Positions 59,057 through 64,000 of a DNA stretch of 64,000 bases are shown one piece after another. The translations under genes and the position numbers were made by a program. Under the pieces are notes generated by a model. The model saw only the letters and a program-made list of their open reading frames with translations, searched no databases and was not told the DNA's origin. Every line of letters starts with the position of its first letter. Within the stretch, counting starts at the first letter, position 1. Where the stretch lies: positions 6,820 to 70,819 of the forward strand of contig CAYPCW010000005.1 in assembly GCA_964409335.1 (NCBI GenBank). The letters are read 5' to 3'. Origin of the DNA: an uncultured bacterium. GTDB lineage: Bacteria > Fidelibacterota > Marinisomatia > SCGC-AAA003-L08 > JACNLC01.

Positions 59057-60091
59057 ATGTATAAACCAAAATACATCTATTTTATTATTGTGCTGCTATC
59101 CATAAATTTTGTACCAGTTGTTGTCTGTCAGCAGAATACTATACTGCTGGTGAGCGAAGAAACTCCGATTGTTCGTATTCCGCTCAAGGGCCGCTCGGCT
59201 GAACGACAAGCGGAGTTTTCCGGGTTAGCCTGGTATGGAGATTATCTCGTGATGCTGCCTCAATATCCCGATCGATATGAGAACCATTTTTTTATTATCC
59301 ATCAGAATTCAATCCTTGGATACCTGCAAAACAGAAAACCCGTTACCATCACGCCAAGTGTGTTACCGGTCAACATGCCAGATTTTTCTTCAATTATCCC
59401 GGGATATGAGGGGTTGGAAGCCATCGATTTTCTGGGCAACCAGGTTTATATTACCATTGAAAGTGAATCAGACTCCGGCATGATGGGCTATCTGATCACG
59501 GGTATTGTTTCACCAGGGTTGGGTGGTATTACGTTGAATATCAATTCATTAAAGCAAATCCAACCACAGACGCAGTTGCCGAATTTTAGTGAAGAAGCTC
59601 TGATTGTTATACGTGATACGATAAGCACGATTTATGAGATAAATAGCGCTAAATTAAATAATCGCCGGGTGATGCATGCTTTTTCGGCGGATGGAATATT
59701 TTTCGGAGAGATACCCTTTCCGTCGATTGAATATCGGGTTACGGATGCTACCCATCCGGACGCCTACAACCGGTTTTGGGTGATTAATTACCTTTGGCCT
59801 GGCGATGGTGATGATCTGGATATCACAGATGATCCTTTGTTTTTAAAATTTGGCAAGGGCACATCCCACCTAAAGAGTAAAGCCGTCGAACGGTTACTCC
59901 AACTTGAATACACCTCCACCGGTGTGATGATTACGGATACACCGCCAATATTAATACAGCTTGAGGATGGACAATCCCGTAACTGGGAGGGTATAGTTCA
60001 ATTCCATAACCTGGGATTTTTGTTGGTTACCGATAAATTTCCCGAGACCATTTTGGCATTTCTACCATACGCTATAGACAACCAGCGTTGA
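59057..60091 (+). CDS. secreted protein, esterase-like-activity-of-phytase family-like
   Basis: Signal peptide YIYFIIVLLSINFVPVVVCQQ. YEGLEAIDFLGNQVYITIE, ERLLQLEY and a C-terminal NWEGIVQFHNLGFLLVTDKFPETILAFLPY resemble the PF13449 pattern as I remember it. Confidence 0.45.
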   Translation: MYKPKYIYFIIVLLSINFVPVVVCQQNTILLVSEETPIVRIPLKGRSAERQAEFSGLAWYGDYLVMLPQYPDRYENHFFIIHQNSILGYLQNRKPVTITPSVLPVNMPDFSSIIPGYEGLEAIDFLGNQVYITIESESDSGMMGYLITGIVSPGLGGITLNINSLKQIQPQTQLPNFSEEALIVIRDTISTIYEINSAKLNNRRVMHAFSADGIFFGEIPFPSIEYRVTDATHPDAYNRFWVINYLWPGDGDDLDITDDPLFLKFGKGTSHLKSKAVERLLQLEYTSTGVMITDTPPILIQLEDGQSRNWEGIVQFHNLGFLLVTDKFPETILAFLPYAIDNQR

Positions 60092-60120
60092 TTATTCACT
60101 GAATCAATAGAAAGGAGTAA

Positions 60121-60510
60121 ATGCAAATGAAAATTTCACGGTACTTCTATTTGTTACCAATCTTTGGATGGAATACCATCTGTATGTTTTCCATCGCCTG
60201 CGCTGTCAGGCCCACGTCATCACAAAGCGAATATGAATCTTTTTTACATGCGTATCGACAGATTTCAACCGGAATGACCGAAAAAGAGGTGAAGGTAGTT
60301 TTTAATGAGCCGACATTAATTCAAATCAACGAATTATCACAAGAAACCTGGGTGTACCACATCAGTTATCAACAATCAAATCCAATGACATATGCAATAT
60401 GGTACCAACGAACCATCGCGGTATGTGAGGTATATTTGTACGTGATTTTCGATAATGAGAGATTGGTTTCACAGTTGTCCTTTACGGCCTCTGAAGCATG
60501 TAATCATTAA
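60121..60510 (+). CDS. small lipoprotein, BamE/SmpA-OmlA-like
   Basis: Lipobox-like MFSIAC, and GMTEKEVKVVFNEPT resembles the BamE GMTKxEV..LG.P motif. Confidence 0.4.
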   Translation: MQMKISRYFYLLPIFGWNTICMFSIACAVRPTSSQSEYESFLHAYRQISTGMTEKEVKVVFNEPTLIQINELSQETWVYHISYQQSNPMTYAIWYQRTIAVCEVYLYVIFDNERLVSQLSFTASEACNH

Positions 60511-60515
60511 TGCTT

Positions 60516-61541
60516 TTAATGACTGATCGTCTCAATTCTGGGTAACAATTTGATAATTTCGTCTGATGCAACATTTGACTCCCAAATCCCAAAGGCTTTT
60601 GACACGACCACCAGGACAAGGAAACTACATAATATAAAAAAGGCAAGTCGTCTTGCTGTCCAAAACGAAGAACGCATAGGAAGAGTTTCAAACTCCAGAG
60701 TGTTTTTCACGGGGCAGGCTTCAGAACATGCCACACATCCGGTACATTCCGCACTGATTATGTACTCTTTTTTATCTACAGGTAGATAAGCCGGGCAAAC
60801 CTGTGAGCATAGTCCGCAATCGGTGCAGGATTCGGAATTACGTGCGATTCTGGACGGACTGATCAGGGAAAAAATGCCTAAAAAAGCGCCATATGGACAC
60901 AGATATCGGCACCAAAAGTTCCGGATAAATAAAGACCCTGCCACCAAAAGGATCAATACTAATATTGTGACCCCGCTCATACCTGTAAAAAACAGTAACA
61001 TTTTAACATCTGCTACTTTCCAATACTGACCGTTCAGAAAGGACGTCATATAGCCCTCGTCCATTTCTAACACAGATAAAACGAAAAAATACATCAGCAA
61101 ATATTTCAAACTTCGTAACGGAATATCGATCCATTTGGATGGTTTAACGCTTTTGCTAAAAATTCGGTACCCAAACTTCCAAACCCATTCCGATAAGGTG
61201 CCGACTGGACAGAACCAACTACAGAACGCCTTTTTTAACAGAAATGACAGGAGAACCGCAAACAGCAGAATGACTACTCCCGCCGGGTGTACATGGTCAA
61301 ATATCCCTGTTTTGAAATAATATTTAAGTGAAACGAGGGAGCCAATGGGTAAAAAACCATCAACTGCCTGTGGTTTTGATACTGTTGAATTTCCCGTTAA
61401 CTCAAGAGAGCTGATAAAAACAGTAAATTGAATTCCGGCGAGAATGGTGATGATAAATATAAACCATTGTACTTTATTTCTATCGGAATGATGGATACTC
61501 ATAAACCGTTTTTTTAGTTTGATATTTTTTGAATTTGCCAT
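60516..61541 (-). CDS. membrane polyferredoxin, NapH/MauN/YccM-like 4Fe-4S protein
   Basis: TM segments with CSWFCPVG and WCRYLCPYG, plus ferredoxin motifs CTDCGLCSQVCP and CTGCVACSEACP. Confidence 0.75.
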   Translation of the reverse strand: MANSKNIKLKKRFMSIHHSDRNKVQWFIFIITILAGIQFTVFISSLELTGNSTVSKPQAVDGFLPIGSLVSLKYYFKTGIFDHVHPAGVVILLFAVLLSFLLKKAFCSWFCPVGTLSEWVWKFGYRIFSKSVKPSKWIDIPLRSLKYLLMYFFVLSVLEMDEGYMTSFLNGQYWKVADVKMLLFFTGMSGVTILVLILLVAGSLFIRNFWCRYLCPYGAFLGIFSLISPSRIARNSESCTDCGLCSQVCPAYLPVDKKEYIISAECTGCVACSEACPVKNTLEFETLPMRSSFWTARRLAFFILCSFLVLVVVSKAFGIWESNVASDEIIKLLPRIETISH

Positions 61542-61940
61542 TACCTTAAAATTATGCTATTTGAGGCTTAAATTAGGTTTAAAAGCAGTCGTTGTTATCC
61601 TTGTTTGCAGACCACCGGTTGTTAGGTCTGTACCCATCCATTGATTCCGTTCCGGAGATTATAGACGTTTTGAAATCCGATGTCAATTAATAATTTTCTT
61701 TCAACACAGATAACAAGGTGTAAAAATGGATTCGATGTTAGGATAGCCTAATGAAAGTTTGCTATTTCTAAGGTCGGACCTCCCGCATATATGTCAGCTC
61801 GTGTAGCCACATTGGCATATATCTGGTGTAAACTTTTATAAATACCAATTGGAATACCATTTGTAATGGTTAAATTGAACTTATGAACGGTAATAGAATT
61901 ACCAACCAAACCCAAAATAAACTAAAGAAAGGATAACATC

Positions 61941-62384
61941 ATGACACTCGTAAAATGGACACCCGTCATTACCAAACCAGTATCTCGGTTAATGGATGAT
62001 ATGGAAGCCTGGATAGACCAGGTATTCCGTAGGAACACGATGATCCCCGGAGAAGACAGTACGTGGACACCCGCTTTTGCAGTATCAGAAAAAGACGCTG
62101 AGTTTGTCATTTCAGCCGATCTGCCCGGTATGGAAAAAAAGGATGTGGAAATTATCATTGAAGAAAATGTTCTGACCATTTCCGGTGAGCGAAAATCTTC
62201 ATTGGAAGACAATAGCCGACATTACAGCGAAATCTTTTTTGGGAAATTTTCCAGATCATTTACACTTCCGGAAAATGTAAAAGAAAAAGAGATTCAAGCC
62301 ACCTTTAAAAACGGTGTACTGACATTGAATTTACCGAAAGCCGAACCTGTAAAACCGGTGGTTACAACAATCTCTATCAAATAA
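61941..62384 (+). CDS. Hsp20/alpha-crystallin small heat-shock protein
   Basis: TPAFAVSEKDAEFVISADLPGMEKKDVEIIIEENVLTISGER and ATFKNGVLTLNLPK. Confidence 0.92.
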   Translation: MTLVKWTPVITKPVSRLMDDMEAWIDQVFRRNTMIPGEDSTWTPAFAVSEKDAEFVISADLPGMEKKDVEIIIEENVLTISGERKSSLEDNSRHYSEIFFGKFSRSFTLPENVKEKEIQATFKNGVLTLNLPKAEPVKPVVTTISIK

Positions 62385-62400
62385 TAGTAGGGTGAACAGA

Positions 62401-62430
62401 ATGGGGTCGGAAATTCCGACCCCATTTCAT
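62401..62430. terminator. bidirectional stem-loop between convergent hsp20 and peptidase genes
   Basis: GGGGTCGG-aaatt-CCGACCCC (8-bp stem) with AT-rich flanks. Confidence 0.6.
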
Positions 62431-62458
62431 TATATCGGGAATTGGATATTTGCCCATG

Positions 62459-64000
62459 TTATTCGTCCTTCCCCTGGGGAGCGATTTTTAGTTCCATTTC
62501 TACATTGTTCCTGGTAATCACAACCGGAACTTCTACACCGGCGGTACAACTTTGGAGTGCAAACATGTAATCGTGAATATTCAAAGTGGTAATATTATTT
62601 ATGCTCATAATTATGTCTCCGGCCTGCATCCCTGCGAGACCCGCCGGCGCCTTATCCCGAACCCCGCTAATTTTAAAACCATCACCATTATAAACAAAAT
62701 CCGGGACAACACCAAAGGTAACATTATATCCTCGCCTTTCAGAATGTTTTTTTGATTCAACTTTTACAAAACCCGGTTTTTTTTCTTCGGTTAACACATG
62801 AAGAGTTGATCTGGCGGCGAGTTTTGCTACTTTTTCCATTCCTTTTATATTCAGTAATTCAATGTCATCTGTTGGTTTGTGATAATCCTCATGAGCTCCC
62901 GTAAAGAAAAATAATACAGGAATATTTTTTAAATAAAAAGACTGATGATCACTTGAGCCAAATCCTTCATCATCAAACGTGAAATGGATGGAGTCGGAAT
63001 TGACATTTATCAGGAGGGTTTCCCACGCCGGAGAAGTACCGGTTCCACCGATAACCATGCTGTTTTCCCTGAGTCGGCCAACCATATCAAAATTAAACAT
63101 TGCCACCGCACTGTCAAGCGGTATGAGCGGGTGTTCCACAAAATAAGCAGAACCTAACAGACCGACTTCTTCTGCACCAAATGCGATGAAAAGAAGTGAT
63201 CTTCTGTAAGGAGAGTTGTTTTTATCTTTTGCAAAATAAGCAGCGAGTTCTAGCAGAGTGGCAATTCCCGAAGCGTTATCGTCTGCACCATTATGAATTT
63301 CATGTACATCGGGAACCATCGTATTGCTGCTTTCACCACCCCATCCTAAATGGTCCATATGTGCTCCTAAAATGACCCATTCATTTTTAAAAGCACCCAC
63401 ACCGGGAAGAGACCCTACTACATTGCAGGATTCTAATGATTCAGGATTAATGTTCGTTCTGATTGTCACAGTTTTCCCGATTTCGAAACTTGCCGGATGC
63501 GGGTCTTCATGTCCGTTGATCTTGTTCTGAAGTTCTTCGATTGAGGGATTTTCTGATGATGTGAGCCAATCGTTCATCACACTCCGTTTTAAATGAACTG
63601 CAGGTATGCCGACGCTTTGTTTTCCCCCTAATGAACCACCTGTTTTGAGTTTATCATCATTATTATCCTCTAATCCACCGGTAATAAAAATAATTCCTGC
63701 GGCTCCTTTTTCTCTTGCAACCATCGCTTTGTATCGAAGAGAGTTATATTGGGCAAATTTTCCGTTTTGGATCGTTCCGTCCGGCGAATATCTGATGACC
63801 ACTACTATTTTCCCTTTTACTTCGAGATTTTCATAATCATCATAATGGATGTCTGTCGCCGAAATTCCATATCCTGCAAATACCAGAGAAGCCGTACATT
63901 TTTCTGATGAAGAAAATGACAAGGTTGTGAAATCTGATTTTGGAATTTTCTCTTCAGCTTCGATGAAATTTCCATCGCCCACTGTCATGCCAGCAATAAA
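62459..64000 (-). CDS. M28 family metallopeptidase with PA domain and C-terminal PDZ domain (N-terminus outside window)
   Basis: HMDHLG, DDNASGIATLLELA and FGAEEVGLLGS are M28 ligand blocks. PDZ-like GLAGMQAGDIIMSINN is present. The frame stays open upstream of the ATG at 63988 to the window edge. Confidence 0.85.
   Translation of the reverse strand, partial: FIAGMTVGDGNFIEAEEKIPKSDFTTLSFSSSEKCTASLVFAGYGISATDIHYDDYENLEVKGKIVVVIRYSPDGTIQNGKFAQYNSLRYKAMVAREKGAAGIIFITGGLEDNNDDKLKTGGSLGGKQSVGIPAVHLKRSVMNDWLTSSENPSIEELQNKINGHEDPHPASFEIGKTVTIRTNINPESLESCNVVGSLPGVGAFKNEWVILGAHMDHLGWGGESSNTMVPDVHEIHNGADDNASGIATLLELAAYFAKDKNNSPYRRSLLFIAFGAEEVGLLGSAYFVEHPLIPLDSAVAMFNFDMVGRLRENSMVIGGTGTSPAWETLLINVNSDSIHFTFDDEGFGSSDHQSFYLKNIPVLFFFTGAHEDYHKPTDDIELLNIKGMEKVAKLAARSTLHVLTEEKKPGFVKVESKKHSERRGYNVTFGVVPDFVYNGDGFKISGVRDKAPAGLAGMQAGDIIMSINNITTLNIHDYMFALQSCTAGVEVPVVITRNNVEMELKIAPQGKDE

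Overview
This 64-kb window is bacterial chromosome and almost entirely core or housekeeping content. GC is heterogeneous: hand counts of 60-nt lines range from about 28% to 63% in native genes. About 58 protein genes sit in tight operons, plus one tRNA-Thr(CGU). Recognisable genes: an 8-gene System I cytochrome c maturation operon (ccmE-F-H-like-I-like-A-B-C-D), typA, a large LptD/OstA-like outer-membrane protein, proS, recO, mgtE, dtd, dnaE, panDBC, glyQS, topA, a methylmalonyl-CoA carboxyltransferase with a stand-alone B12-binding mutase subunit, a GldA/F/G-like ABC set with a DUF4340-like gene, yaaA and hsp20. The window also holds several secreted or surface proteins. One protein ends in a T9SS type-A sorting domain. 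Together with the GldAFG-like genes and the weak Shine-Dalgarno usage, this suggests (inference) an FCB-superphylum-like organism. I found no CRISPR array, transposase, integrase, phage genes or recognisable defence genes, and I cannot point to one clear new multi-gene system. The items most worth a second look are listed here. (1) The ccm operon is the rare variant with a CXXXY CcmE, and it has a CC-type CcmH-like protein and a CcmI-N/double-zinc-ribbon fusion. (2) A ~0.7-kb cassette with extreme GC3 encodes a TylF-like methyltransferase carrying an in-frame TAG; it replaces the 3' two thirds of a frameshifted threonine aldolase gene. (3) An operon of two secreted dockerin-tailed proteins has a C10 tract inside one coding sequence. 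(4) A cluster of two tandem membrane GT2 paralogs, a DUF3108-like gene and a small membrane protein. (5) An exported class II amidotransferase-like Ntn hydrolase has its catalytic Cys directly after the signal peptide and a T9SS tail, and is frameshifted. (6) A 576-aa aromatic amino acid hydroxylase-like protein is start/stop-coupled to an odd basic 106-aa ORF. All calls come from reading the ORF translations and the nucleotides by eye; no searches were run.
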